A stretch of 64,000 nt of DNA, taken from positions 1-64,000 of the forward strand of contig CBDBBG010000062.1 in assembly GCA_965202585.1 (NCBI GenBank), in the 5' to 3' direction. The notes beneath the pieces are model-generated. The model made no database searches, was not told where the DNA came from, and saw only the letters and a list, made by a program, of their open reading frames with translations. The stretch's first letter is position 1. The number at the start of each line of letters is the position of its first letter. Source of the stretch: Thalia democratica (lineage: Eukaryota). Below are positions 37,799 to 51,264 of the stretch, piece after piece. The position numbers were made by a program, and so were the translations under genes.

Positions 37799-38312
37799 TT
37801 ATATAACATATATACTTTTATACCATTACATATATACTTTTTATTTTGAAAAATTGTGAGTTAGTTGTACTGAATAAATTTTATACATATAGCTATATTG
37901 TTGGTTGAGTCATAAAGGGTTATGTTTATTTTTATTATCAACAAAAACAGATAATGACTCACTTATTTAAAAGCTGTACTTTTAAAATAACTTTATTAAA
38001 AGAAATATTATTGTTAGTTTTCACAGAAATGTTAAAAGTTTACAATAAATTAGTTGTTTTTCATTTTAAAGAAACCTATGCAAGTAATCAGGAAATGGTA
38101 ATTTTCATAGTACTAAGAGTACTATATTAACAATTATTTAGACTAACATGAGTGTTTTGTATGTTTTAAAATTTAATGAGCTTTTAAAAAAAATAACCCC
38201 TTAAAAATTGTTAAATATTTTTTAAGGGCACTCAGCTAAGTTTTTTTTGTTTTAAAGAAGGCAACCCTAAAGCTTTGTGTTACTATAATATTTATTTAGT
38301 GTTGTTTGATAG

Positions 38313-38622
38313 GTAGAAAGTTCAAGAGAAAATTCAACAAGGAGTATTACACAACGCATAAGTGGCTGTGTGGATGCGAACATACTTTAGCTCTGTACTG
38401 TTTTCCTTGAATTTTGTGAGGAAGCTTGGACCAAATCAGGTTTTAAAAATTTAGAAAAAATTGCTGAAAGAACTAGAACCCATGCCAATTCGCCAAAGCA
38501 CATCGACAACCTGGTATCATTTAACTTACTTGGCAAAAATTGTATACAAGCTCATTTGAGCAAAAGCTACCAGAACAGCATTGATAAACACAATCAAGAA
38601 GTACTGAAAAACAGAAAAGTAT
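38313..38622 (+). mobile_element. hAT (ZMYM1-like/TTF zinc-finger) transposase N-terminal part, cut by the assembly gap
   Basis: RKFNKEYYTTHKWLCGCEHTLALYCFP* / EAWTKSGFKNL..THANSPKHIDNL..HNQEVLKNRKV matches the TTF-type zinc finger plus the following helix of ZMYM1-like transposases. An AG acceptor lies at 38311-38312. Confidence 0.85.
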
Positions 38623-38722
38623 NNNNNNNNNNNNNNNNNNNNNNNNNNNNNNNNNNNNNNNNNNNNNNNNNNNNNNNNNNNNNNNNNNNNNNNNNNNNNN
38701 NNNNNNNNNNNNNNNNNNNNNN
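38623..38722. other. Assembly gap (100 N)
   Basis: Run of exactly 100 N, a placeholder of unknown true size. Confidence 1.
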
Positions 38723-40570
38723 CAGACTAATATACTCAAGACTTAACAAACTATGTACTGTCATTAAAAGTTAATAAGATTAACTTAATATGTTTCTTAT
38801 TTTACTTACAACCTAACTCTCTATAAAAACCAAGCTTGAAAACCATCTATAAGCCACTTTTATGTATTGTTTATAATGTCAACCTTTTTTTCATATTTAA
38901 AAAAATTTAAACTGTTATAAATAGTTTTTGCATTTTAAATAATTTGCACTTTAAAAAAAAAATCAGTTACGAGTATTAACTTAATAAATTTAGAACTTAT
39001 ATGTTATGTAAATTAGTATAAAAAAAATTAACGCAATAAATGCTTAAATACTTAAGTAAAATACCTTATTAAAAATTAATTAGCTTTTTACATCGTTGTC
39101 ACTTTAAAAGCAAAAAGTCTGAATTACATAAAATCAGCCTGAGTTTATTAAAAGTTGAAAAAGCCAAAAACTTGCTTTGAAAAAACAAAAGCTTTAATAC
39201 TTAACTAAAGTATCATCATACAAAAGTACAAAATATTCAAAACGACAAGTAAAAATTATAGTTAATCAACTTCACTACAGTCATAAATACTATTCTGAGA
39301 ATTCAAAATGTTTTAAATAAAAATTGCACACTTGCACCTAAGTTTTCTTAAATGTTTAAATAAGTTTAACCAAGTGTGAGTTTTTAAAATAGTTTGTTTT
39401 GCAACCCTGTTTTAAATAAAACTCACGAAGTAACGAAGTTTTTTGACAGCGAAATAAATACATACAGCAAAAGAAAAACATTGTTGTAAGTCAGCTTGAA
39501 TTAACAGTTAAGTTTCTAAAATATTGTTGACAAAAGTAAAAGTTTGTTAAGCTATAAATGAAGTAGAAAAACTTTTTTTATTAATAATTGTAGCAATTAT
39601 TTATGGCTTTATCTGCAATGAAAATATTGCTTACAAAAACGAGTAAATTAAAAATATAAGACGATTTATAAGAATCACAAAACGTTAATTAGGAGTAGTA
39701 GCGAGAAACGAAAAAAACAAATCGCTCAAGTCAGTTTTCAGAAAGCACATGATTATCTTCAGTAACTACATACTAAAGAGAAAAATTTGTCAAGGTAAGT
39801 TATTAAGTAGCAAAAGTAAATACTTAAAAAGAGGAACCGTTCAGATTTCAAAACTTTTTTAAAGAACTTGTGTTTTTGGTAGTAAAAGTATTTTGTTAAT
39901 TTTTTCAGTGACAAAATAAAAACGCTTTTAGGCAATTTCTGAAATTTCAAAGTCAAATAAATCAAATTGGGACTTTAATCGATCTATTAAGATGAAAGCA
40001 AAACCAAATGCTGATCATCTGAGAATATTTATTTCAGGTATTTTTACTAACTCATGTCCTAGTTAAATTTGTGGTTTAAAAATAAGCATCTCTGTACAAT
40101 GGTGTGGTTAGAAATGAATTTAAAATACACAGAAAACTTCTAAAAAAATCAAAACGTGTGAAACCAAAATGAAATAAACACTATTACTTATTGTTGTGTT
40201 ATTTTAAATATTTTTGTGTACACTCAAATATAACATGTAGTGTTAAAACATTTATAAGAGTAACTTAGGTATAAACTACATGTCAAACAAAATACTATGG
40301 TAATTTCTGTATAAATTTTTAGCAAATAATAACTGAGTCCAAGTATTTTTAGGACTGTTTTTTCACATCATAATTTGTTATGGTATAAAGAAAATTATTG
40401 TTAAACACAGCTCGAAGGCTAATCTGTCTTTTTTACTTGTTTAATCCAAAGGAGTGAAGCGTTTTAATTCTTTAAAAATTTTATACAGGGAATTTAAATG
40501 AAACTAATCAAATCTAAACAAACTACAGCATTTTTACCATAAAAGATTAAACTTAGAATATATTTTTGCT

Positions 40571-40715
40571 CAGCGGGCCACATTTACATGCTCGCGGGCC
40601 ACAGAATTTTCTTTCGCGGGCCGCATCCCATTCAAAAAATAAACGTGCTCGCGGGCCGCAGATATACCCTTCAAGGGCCGCATTTGGCCCGCGGGCCGCA
40701 GTTTGCCGACCCCTG
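40571..40715. mobile_element. Right end of a Charlie-type hAT element (TIR ..TTTGCCGACCCCTG) with GCGGGCCGC subterminal repeats
   Basis: Same end as the intact MITE at 62910-63245. It abuts the 40716-42180 module, so it probably inserted into it. The left end was not found. Confidence 0.85.
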
Positions 40716-42180
40716 CCTTAGATGTTATAAATGATACTTATAAACTTGTGGAGGGCCACAAAATATCCAAATATTACCATTAATTTCATTATTTTTTGTT
40801 TTGTACCTTATTTGTGTACTCGAGTTATAAATGCAATATATAAAAACTATGACAAGCGCTCCAAATTTGGTCCAGTTATCCGTCGTTTAGGTGAAAAGAA
40901 CCCTGCTGAAAACCACGGAAACCTAAAAAATTATCCTTGCATCCGTTAAAGTGTATCTGGTGGGAATTGATATTCAAACTTTTGTTCAATGATTTTTTTT
41001 TGAATAACATTCTAGTATATCAATTGAAGCTTTAGCGGTGTTCACCGAAGTACTGTGATCTATTTTCAACAAGTTATTAGAAAAAAAAAGAGCAGAAATT
41101 CTTGAAAATTTTTACCGCTGTCACTGCAACCAAATCTTGTTTTCCTATTCTTATTGGCGTTTTGTTGATTTCACTGTCACGTTCTTGATAACTCAACACT
41201 TTATTAAATTAACCTTTCCAACAAGGACGTTACATCCCTTGACCAAGCACACTAAGGTGATTGCCTTTAATCAATAAACATTCTTGGTAGTTCATTAATA
41301 AACGTTCACTTAATTTTTTTTCAACTCTTAACACAAGTTGTATTGCCATACTAACTTTACCTTTTTGCCTTGGCTTCCTACTGAATGAATTTTCCAACAT
41401 TAGTTGGAGTCAACTTTGCTAGACAGACCTCTACGCGCGAAAAATCTACTATATTTTTGTATAAGAAACTCAAGTATTGCCATGTCCCTTTTCCCCTCCA
41501 GCAAAACTAAACAAGCCTAATAAAAGTTATTAACCTAAGTTTATTATACAAACAAAACTTCTTTTAACTTTAAATAGTTCTTTCTACTTACATAACTTTG
41601 GTATGTTTAAATATTGATATAGATGGCTTTAATTTTGACCAGGGCAAAAGTATTGTTACAAATTCTTGGCATTTTGAATTTAATTCCATTATAACTTTTT
41701 CCACATATTGGATTTTTAACTAAATGTTCTGATATTAATAGCTCTGGAACCTATTCCAAAAATGTACTTCTCTACCAAGGATGTAGTAATAATTGATATC
41801 GACTAAGAATTCAATAAATAATATTTTATCTCATCTGTTTTGTTGTTTAACATAAATTATTGTTTTAAATTTGATTGAGCTATTTGATACTTCATCCATC
41901 AAATTGTTTCATCATAGAAAACTTCTTAAATTTCCTATTAAATATTCATTAAATTCTGTAACTTACAACTTTTGCAAACATTACTTTGTTATTGTTAAGC
42001 CTAAAGAATCTCTCAATTTGATTCAGAGGGGTATTAGCAGGGACCTTTTAATTGTAACCCGCCTTTATAATGTTCTTTAAAAAAGTTTTTCCTTCAAGCT
42101 TCTCTACAGCTACGCTTTTAAATGAGTTGAAGATATAGATGATATTTCGTATTATAAACTGTTATCACAAACACTGGAAT
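40716..42180 (-). repeat. Inverted copy of the 32340-33786 module
   Basis: Reverse-complement match along the whole length with small indels. Confidence 0.95.
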
Positions 42181-43039
42181 TTTTCTAAACTTCCAACCTT
42201 CTTCAATAATTACGTCGTATCCTGGTCTATTTGTCAATGAAGACTTTTGAAACTTGTTTTTAATTTATTGACTTTTGTTCCTTAAACCTTATGATTGGTG
42301 AAAAAATAATACGTTTGTTATTTAATTTTAAATATGTTAACAGTTTATGGTTTCAAACTTAAACTTTTTGTCAGCTTTCCAACTGTTCGAATTTCTGTGA
42401 ATTCAAAAAAAAAACTGGTAGAGATGCTCTCTTGTAAATAAATGCTCTCTTGTAAATAAATGTAGATAATAAGCTTAACTAACACGAATATCCTGTAGGT
42501 TAGTTGTGCCTGAAAATCTACTGCTTTCTATTCCGAATCTCAAATCTATTATATTAGGAAATATTTCTTTTATGCGTTTGTTGAAAAACTCAAAATTACT
42601 AGTTAATGTCATTTGTTCTTCTTCTTTGAGATTAAGGAAGTTTTCAGATTTTTAAATAAAGATATCTGATCTTTTAATCTGGTTTATTCTCCTTTGTCGG
42701 TTAAAACTTTCATCATCCTTTAGTTTAAACAAATTTAATACATCGAAAACCCTGAGTATTTAACAAACATTAATGGTGTTTTTGAATTTGTTTGAATTAA
42801 ATATCAAACGATTTCTTATTTTTTGTTTATACTAACATAAAAGTTAAAAGAAATTGTTTTTTTAACTAGTTTCCGCAAGTGTTTAATAAGGATCAAACAT
42901 AAAAAACATAAATTATTGTTGACGGTTGACTTGTCATGAATTTTTTATTGTAAAATATTTTGCTTATGGTCCAGAAACTTTTCTTAAGATACCAGTTTTT
43001 TTTTCTCATACTAGTATGCGCTTTAACACATCATTCCTT

Positions 43040-43565
43040 CTCTTTATAGTGGTATCTTCAATCCTCGTAGTTCCTAATCTTCCATCTTAATTGTTAAATG
43101 AATCATTGCCGACGGGAAGCCCTTTGGCAGACATAACATGTTCTTATACACTTATAAGTTTATCGATTACTTTTATTGTTGTGGCCGATGTTAGGGAAAT
43201 TGTTGTTCCTAGTACTTCCATCTTCTGATATGATTTTAAGTGTCCAATGTATTTGAGCTCGACCTTTAATTCAGTTTTGCATTTCCTAGTGCCATCTGCT
43301 TTCATTTGTATCGCTAGGTACTTATATATACCGTAAGTTCGGTATTCTAGTATTGTTGATTAAGATCTCTGGCTTGGCCGCTATAAAACATGTGTGTAAT
43401 TTTTTGCATGTTTGGATGTGTGCACATTTGCATTTGTCTGGGTTTATTTCTAGTCCAAATGTATTTTGTAAAAGTTATTAAGTTGCTGCTGTAGTTCTTT
43501 TGGGTTATTTGCAAGTATCACTAAATCATCTGCGAAAGCTAGGTATGTCAAGTTTCATATTGTAT
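43040..43565 (-). mobile_element. Non-LTR retrotransposon RT fragment, R2/R4/NeSL-like
   Basis: LTYLAFADDLVILANNPKELQQQL..FGLEINPDKC..YKYLAIQ..KSYQKMEVL..GLP.AMIHL..KDGRLG: the FADD motif, the thumb YKYL and the LPxAxxH..xGGLG pattern. Confidence 0.8.
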
Positions 43566-43589
43566 ACATCCTGTTAAGTATGATATAAA

Positions 43590-43845
43590 CTTGATAATTT
43601 CTAACATCAATATATTTTCTTGCAAATTGAATAGAATTTATTAAGAGATATTTAGAAATACTAGGACAAAAATCCACAACATCAAATTTCATATAAATGA
43701 ATAGATTCTTATGTTTGATATTATTAAACTATCCAAGGACTTCAATAGAATTTTTTCACTGTAGCAGTCCTGTTTTAGATCTTATTACAGGCAGAATGTT
43801 GTCCAGTATTTTTTTACTGATTATTCCTAAGCTGGACTTGCATGT
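43590..43845 (-). mobile_element. Penelope-like RT fragment
   Basis: CKSSLGIISKKILDNI..IRSKTGLLQ*KNS..MKFDVVDFCPSISKYLLINSIQFARKY. Confidence 0.8.
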
Positions 43846-44489
43846 AATATTTAATTATATATATTTATTATATGTATTTAATTTATAATATACAAATACA
43901 AGCCGTGAAAGCTTTTTTGATTAATTAGGACAAATTTGACCAAGTAAATAAACTTTTTTGCATAATTTGAATAATAAATAACTGTTTTATGGGTACATCT
44001 TCCTGATTTTTATGGGCGACACATAAGCTTACTTGTAAATTTTATGGTTTTTAACTACTTATGTACTTGTAAAATGTAAGTGTAAGTTATTCTAAATTGT
44101 TTGAATATAGCAATACTTTCTTGGTAGTTTTCTCTTATCAGTGGTATTATTTGTTTCCAGCTAGTTATTCAATGTCATTTTAATTTGTGTCTTTCAAAAT
44201 ATGTCACATGTTCTTTCAAGTATCTTATTCAAGCTGGATTTTCTGGTTCTTCGTCTAATTGCATGTTGAAAGTGTGAGTGTGGTTTACAGGCTAATGTCC
44301 ATCGTAAAAACAAAAAGACAAACCTAAATTTTATATACTCCATTATTGTACTTTATGAATGTACAAATTTAATTAATATTGAAATTGAAAAGGCCTATAT
44401 CCTGTTGTAGGTGAATAAAGTTCTTAGTTTTAGTATATATATGGTGAGAATATACTTTGTCTAAATACTTAAACATGAAAATAGATCTC

Positions 44490-44875
44490 TAAATTTTTAA
44501 AGTACATCATCTCTATAGAGTCCAATTGATTCGGTATCAATTATCGTAGACAAATGGTTCAAGAGGTATAAACTTTGAGGTCACATACTTCAGCGCCGGG
44601 GAATGTGTCCATTGGGACGTCAAAGTTGTAACTTGTGTTGTTTTTTTTTTCCACCTAGTTTTATCATAGAGCATAACAGATTTACATGTGTGCATGATTT
44701 TATCTATTTCGAATTCTGTGAATTTTGAATAAGAACTACAGAAGTTGATGGCATCTAGTAGATGTTTTTTTTTATGGTTGGGTAAAAGTTTTTTATGTCG
44801 AAGTTCACAAAGCGTTTGTGATTTTTCGTCAGAGTTTTTCCATTGCTGAAAAGCAACAAGGTTAGCCTGAAAGTG
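44490..44875 (-). mobile_element. Penelope-like RT fragment
   Basis: QQWKNS..FVNFDIKNFYPTI..LLDAINF..HTCKSVML..FDVPMDTFPGAEVCDL..IGLYRDD. Confidence 0.85.
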
Positions 44876-45409
44876 GCAACATAATATAATAAATATGACC
44901 TATATCTATTTAGTTAATAATGACTATGTTGATAATTTATTTTTTTGCTTCAATAACTTTTGAAATATTGGTATTTTATACAACGTTAAATTGTTAAGGT
45001 TATTTACAATTTATTTTTGTGAGCGAGTGAGAATCAAACCTGTTTGTTAAGAGTTTTAATAAGTTTGTCTTCCTTTTTATACTACAAAACAAATAGAAGT
45101 TGAAATAACTTCCAGTAAAAGTTTTTTTTTACTTTACACAGATGTCAAAAACTTAATCTTTTTTCAATTAACATCGAAAAAAGCCAATTCATTGTTTTGA
45201 AGCTGAATTAGCATAGTTGTGAGCAACCGCTCCCAAGTTAGCTATCAAATTATTAATACCAAAGCTTTTCTTAGTTTTAAGGTTAACTAATTGATTAAAA
45301 AAGCTTAATAAGGAAATTATTTACTTTAGGTTTGAAAGCTTTCTTAATCCAGTCGGAATAAAATCTTAAATTATTTTAAATCTATTTCAGATTACCTGCA
45401 CACGTTGGG

Positions 45410-46010
45410 TTATTTACTAAATGTTCTGCAAAAGACAAACATTTTTGAAGCATTTAAAACTGTTATATCATCATTCTTTTCTGAAGAGCAAATGTTTTTT
45501 TACTGTTGTAAATGCAAGAAACATCCACGAGTAAAATCAGGAAAAATAGATTGTACTGCATTTAAGGCAGCTTTCTCGAAATCAGTTATTTACAGTCGTG
45601 GTTTAAGCGACTTTATTCTGTTTAACGTAGTGAAAAATCTGGTGTACGTTATTTTGAAGTAAAGCGTACACTAAATTGAATACAGCAGGTTTTTCATCTA
45701 AACTGGTTTCCATGATTTCTTCATGTATGGTAAACAGCTGGTGGAAATGCCTTGTTGGTGCAGTACAAAATGTACCATCAGATATAAATTTTTTGCCCCT
45801 AGCAAGCAAATCAAGGTTTTCTGAGTTGAAAAAATAATTAACCTCAGAGCCTCTACTTCATTTACAGAATGATGCAGAAGAAAGTTGGTACCGTCGTCTA
45901 ACCTAGTTAGATATTCCGGCAATATCAATTCTTGCAAGTTGGTTGGAAACAGGAACAACATTTCCAGTTTTTCTTCTTGCTTATTTGTTTTAATGCATCT
46001 CTGTTTGGTA
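45410..46010 (-). mobile_element. MULE (Mutator-like) transposase pseudogene fragment
   Basis: LILPEYLTRLDDGTNFLL..RLIIFST / FISDGTFCTAPTRHFHQLFTIH..VYALL / ITDFEKAALNAVQSIFPDF.RGCFLHLQQ. These carry the MULE DGTF, DFExA and GCxFH motifs, with frameshifts. Confidence 0.9.
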
Positions 46011-46684
46011 ATTGCGTTTCATAATTTTCCCAAGCTACCTCCAAATATCTACTGAGAGAGTTTTCTGTGCTTACAATGCCAATTTTGCTTAAGTTTTTTA
46101 GCTTTCAACAGCTTTACGTACCTGTTAAATAAAGTTGTTTTTAGTAGCTCCAGTTAATAAAAGATTTGAAATAGTTGTTTTTAAGCAGTTATTAATAATT
46201 AGATATACCTTTATTTTTTGTTGGATTTGGTAAATGTGAGTGAGAATCTACTTTTCTTTCCTCATTTCTACTCCTGTGTAGGTAAAAAAACAATTTGTAA
46301 TAACTTGTAAAAAAAAAATTATTTATGATCTAATTTATCAACATCAACTTTATGGTGTTGTTTTTATTTTATCAACCATATTATTATATTATTAAAAAAG
46401 TAAAAAATCTAAAAGCTTACCTGGTTTTTTACGTTTTCTAATCTGTTCTCCACATTCTAAAAATAACAGTATACTAAAATTATTAAGAACGTTATTTAAA
46501 TACAAAGTTATGTTTGATTTTATGCTTCTAAATCATTAAATAACTAATGATCTATAAATAATAAGCAGTTTAAGTTCAACAATTTCAAAATTGCCTGACC
46601 GACATCTTATGTTTGGTTTTTTACGAGGTTGAGGCACCTAAAAAAATGAACATTGTCAATAAAACAATTTTTTTTCTGTGTCTA

Positions 46685-47198
46685 TCAAAACATGTCACAT
46701 GTTCTTTCAAATATCTTATTCAAGCTGGATTTTCTGGTTCTGTTTCTTCGTCTAATTGCATGTTGAAAGTGTGAGTGTGGTTTACAGGCTGTTGTCCATC
46801 GTAAAAACAAAAAGACAAACCTCAATTTGATATACCCTATTATTATATTTACGTTTCCTACTTTTATCAGAACATTTTCTCCTGTGTTGCTCACTGTCAT
46901 CAAAAGAATCTGTTTTACGTTTCCTACTTTTATCAGAACATTTTCTCCTGTGTTGCTCACTGTCATCAAAAGAATCTCTTTTACGTTTTTTACTGTCATT
47001 AAAAATATCACTTTTACGTTTTTTAATGTTATTAAAAGGACTTATCTGGCTTTGTTGCTTGTTATCAAAACGAGTTCTATCATTTTGCGGGTTATTATCA
47101 AAATGAATGCTGTTAGAAAACTGGTTGTAGCTACTCAGGTATTGTTGGTTTGCAAAGTTGTTCTGTGTATTTAGAAAAGCAGGTGTAATGTTGTACAT
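46685..47198 (-). pseudogene. Small N/K/R-rich ORF pair (possible two-exon gene or relic) with an internal 66-bp duplication
   Basis: ORF 47198-46782 contains (KRKxDSFDDSEQHRRKCSDKSR)x2. A GT donor at ~46836 would join it to WTTACKPHSHFQHAIRRRNRTRKSSLNKIFERTCDMF*, but the acceptor is non-canonical. The 3' part is duplicated at 44195-44332. Confidence 0.4.
46848..46979. repeat. 66-bp tandem duplication followed by degenerate shorter units
   Basis: TTTACGTTTCCTACTTTTATCAGAACATTTTCTCCTGTGTTGCTCACTGTCATCAAAAGAATC at 46848 and 46914. Confidence 0.95.
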
Positions 47199-47603
47199 GC
47201 TGTTTGTGAAAGATTGGATGTAGCTTGGAATTAATTAAACCATAAATTTGCTAACCTTATTACCATTAAAGAATTGAGCAAAACATTTCCCATTTGACAG
47301 TGCCGCTTATTTTTTGTAAAACTCATCATAGAAAAACCACGATCAATCTTGTCGATGCTGAAAGGAAAATTTTTCAAGCATCAATTCACAACATTCATTG
47401 TTTTTTTAACCATCTTCCTATTAGATGACTTCGAGTATCGCTAGTTGTGTGTCATTAACTTGTTTCATAAGTAAGTGTTCTCGAACAAACACTTTGTAGC
47501 TTATGTTTTCAATGCAAGCTCGCTGCGCTATGTGTTTTCTTCTTTCTTCGATATTATTAATATTTGAAAGGAATTAATACAGTAAAAAACGTCTAATTAT
47601 ACG

Positions 47604-47807
47604 CTAAATTACTCGTTTTAACAGGTTAGATTTAATACTTACTTCTTTAGGTATTGTTTTTTTTGTTGCATTTAAACAAGCATTTTGCAAAGCATGGTTA
47701 GTGCAAGAAAGCGAAATGAGCCTAGAGTTTTCTTTTCTTAATAATATTCTCAAACCATTTTTAACACCTGTCATTGTAGCTGTTCCGTCAGTGTCTAAAA
47801 ACTTCAT
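47604..47807 (-). mobile_element. hAT transposase catalytic-core fragment
   Basis: DTDGTATMTGVKNGLRILLRKENSRLISLSCTNHALQNAC contains the DGxxxMxG motif and the CxxH motif of hAT transposases. Confidence 0.85.
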
Positions 47808-49139
47808 ACTAAATTTTAATAAATCTATGTTTTATCTTTCTAATACTTTCTAAACAGTTTCTCATTAATTTATTTGATTTGTTAATTTAGATAACAAAAC
47901 TGCCATAGAAATACGATTGAATACATTTTAATACATGCTCTTTGATACGTGTTTTTAAATGTCTTGAAGTTTGTCTGATATAGCTAGTTAAACAGTAAGT
48001 TATATTTGTAAAAAAAACTTGTGAAGGACTACCAAATACCCAAATGTTACCCTTAATTTTATTTTTAGAGAGGTTTTTTTTAGATTTATTTACTTTTTAA
48101 AACTTTCAAAAAATCAAGTTAGTTTTCTTAATTAAATTTTTCTTTGTCTAGTTCAACCTCAAAGAGAGTTTATTAATAAATCAAAATTTTCAATCACGCT
48201 GGGGTTCCCCACATACTTGAAAATTTTTATCTTTCATCATTGCAAAAATGCTTGCTATAAGTTGGTTGATGCCAAAAACTTGACGTTTTTTAATTTCAAT
48301 TTGACTTGAATAACTTAAATACTCTTGCATTTGATATTTCATTTTTGAAATTGTATTTCGTCCATCGACCAATAATTTGATACTCGTTCAGTTTTCAAGT
48401 ATGTTGGATTTATGAATCTGAAATTTTTCTAGTAGACTTTCAGTGATACTAGGGTAAAAACTGATAGTTTCCAATTATAGTAGTTTGTATTTCCCTTATT
48501 CTATGATTTTAAACCATCTTAAAACTTCGTCAGAGATTATCATTGGTATCTCTTTTCTACTTCGTCTATTTGTCTGTTTATTATCGATCATTTTCTTATT
48601 AATTAATTATATTTCTGATCCAATCGCGTTTGACTGTTGAAGAACTGTGTGGTGAGCTGGAAAACCAGTTTTATACACTGGAAACTAAATCATGAACCTA
48701 TTATTAAACTTAATTAAATATTTATATAGTTTCATAACATATTGATTTAATGAAAATGAACATGAAATATTTAACACGATTTCCTAAGGTGCTTGAAATA
48801 AATACAGTTGTTAAAAATAAAACAGCTTAAGTTTTACACTCTATTTTATTGGAACAAACAGCACTTCTAGCGGTAAAAAAAATACGGCTGACTTTTCACA
48901 TGCGTTTTGTATCCCGGGGTTTGAGAAATTTACTTAGACAAGGTGCTCAAATTTTGATTTCAAAACTGCATATGAACCTGGTTATGAAAATCAGTGAAGC
49001 AAAAAAATGTTTTTATTAAAAAAACATTGTTTTATAAAAATGTGAAGTCTGTTGATACAAAAAGTTTGGTAGTTAAAATACTGCCAAGTGAAGATGTTTT
49101 CCTATAGACATTTGTTAGAATATTTTTTTTTATTTTGTT

Positions 49140-49375
49140 ATCAGTATATCCAAAAATGGCAGTTGGTTGTTATCTTCCACTTCTTTAGTGAAATAATCCT
49201 TTCATGTAAACAATTCAATTTTTGAAATATAGCTTCGTTTTCATTTTATGTTTTGGTTATAACTAAACAAACGTCAACGTATCTATTGTAGACAACCTGT
49301 GACAACAGATCTTCAGCCGTTTTAGATCTAAATACCCGACAAAAATGTTAGCAAGTGTCAGGCCCAGCTTTTACT
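49140..49375 (-). mobile_element. Penelope-like RT fragment (different subfamily)
   Basis: LGLTLANIFVGYL, YNRYVDVC and EVEDNNQLPFLDIL motifs. Confidence 0.8.
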
Positions 49376-51264
49376 TCATTAATTTAGATTTCTTTAACTT
49401 ATCAGTTAGGTGAACGCACTAAAACTGTTTTGCAATTTTTTTGGTGTTAATCATTATCACACTAATTTAAATACATCATTATACATGTAGTTCATAAAGA
49501 ATTCGAATTGTTTTCTAGTACAAAGCACACATCAGGATTTTTATCTGCACTTGTTAGCATGATTTTTGTAGCAGTACTAAAAACATCATAATATTTTTAC
49601 TTCTTATAAGTGTGTTGTACTATATTGAAAAAACAGTTACCATTATTTAATAACTGATAGTTAAATGTGTTTATTGCTTTATCAATGTTCAGCAATGGAC
49701 GATAAGAAACCTATTTTTGATTTTTCAAGTTGTGATAAAGAAATAAAAGTTTTTTGCCTAATTTATTTAAATTCCAATTTTATATAATAAATTTAACAAA
49801 GAGCACTCAAATGTCGATTTTTGAATTGTTGTCATTGTGGAACTTGTTGCCAGGTTTACATTGACTCATCTGGTGACGTCATTTTTAGTTTTTGAGTTTA
49901 TTAATATTCAATAGACCTGTTTAGAGAGATGCTCAAGTTATCTGTACTTTTTGGCTTAACTGGACGTCAATGCCAACATTACACGTTTGGTTAAACGTTT
50001 ACTTTTTTATTTTTTGATAATTAATTAAATTCACTAGACACTTTTTGAAATATTTTCCTTTTTTACTCAGTAAACGTGCATAATCATACACTCTTAAATT
50101 TGAACCTGCTCGTAAAGGCATGACACTTTCTTGATTCTCTTGCACATACTATTGATCATGGTGACACCAGTTGTGGCCTGCTCTCCATAGAATTTGCAAT
50201 ATAAGAACAAACTGTTTTAGTGTTAAATAAAATGTTTAGATTCCCAAAGGGAAGTTTTAAATTTTTTTTTTGGAAAGTTTGTTTGAACTGTACATGTTCA
50301 TTTTTGACGTGATAACAAATTAAAACGTCTATAATTTCTCCTTGCATTATTTTTTGCATACCAGACTTAAGAAAGATTCTCCATCTAAATTCACAATTGT
50401 TAACATAGATTGTTCTTCAAACAATTTACTGGGACTGGAAAATATCTGCTCACAGTTTTAAAGTCATGCCAATGCTATCTTTCTTTTTTTGGCCGTTTGG
50501 TGATACATTTTAATCTGGCCTACTCCATTTTGCAATTACTACAAAATTCCTTAATTATCAATTCTCCAAAAGTGACTAGTCTTTTAATGTGTTGTCAATG
50601 GCACCTGCCGTAGACCATTATAGTTGAACTTTTTTGAATATTTGATGTAAAAATTTAAAAAAAAATTCTGTAACCGTTGCTGTCATTTTGTTGGTTTTTT
50701 TATTGTTAGAAAATCAAAGTGCCTCAGTAAAGTTTCTGTTTCCAAGTTCACACTAGCAATCACTGCAGATGCTTCGCACTTCCACAAGTGCTCTCTCTAA
50801 AAATAAAGCTTAGTTTTTGACTGAGCTTCAATTTTTTTATTTATGACTACTTACGTCATTGAATTTTTGACACAACTTTGATCCCTTTTTGTTTTCTTCT
50901 GGACTATTTAGCTCAGCCTCTGTTAACTATATTTTTTTTGCTGTTTTATCTGAGTTATTTATAAAAGTTTAAACTAAAATATGTGTTATTTGTTCAACTA
51001 ACCACTTAGTCTTGATTCCAGTATGACTTAATAGATTAAGCACTTGAGTTAGTTTTTTTAAGCAAAAGGTAATACCGTTTTCGGCTATTGCTAGATGGTC
51101 AGCTTCAAGCAGTGCACCTTCTTCTTTAGCCTTGAAACTTGAAATAGCTTGAAGCTTAAATAAGTAAAAACTATTCACCTTGAACAGCAATGGTGAATTC
51201 AATCTTCAGCAATGGACGATACGAAACCTATTCTTGTTTTTCAAGTTGTGATGAAGAAATAAAT

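Noticed and set aside
39740-40040. Two possible small plus-strand exons (e.g. AISEISKSNKSNWDFNRSIKMKAKPNADHLRIFIS)
   Set aside because: Splice phases do not join and no further exons were found.
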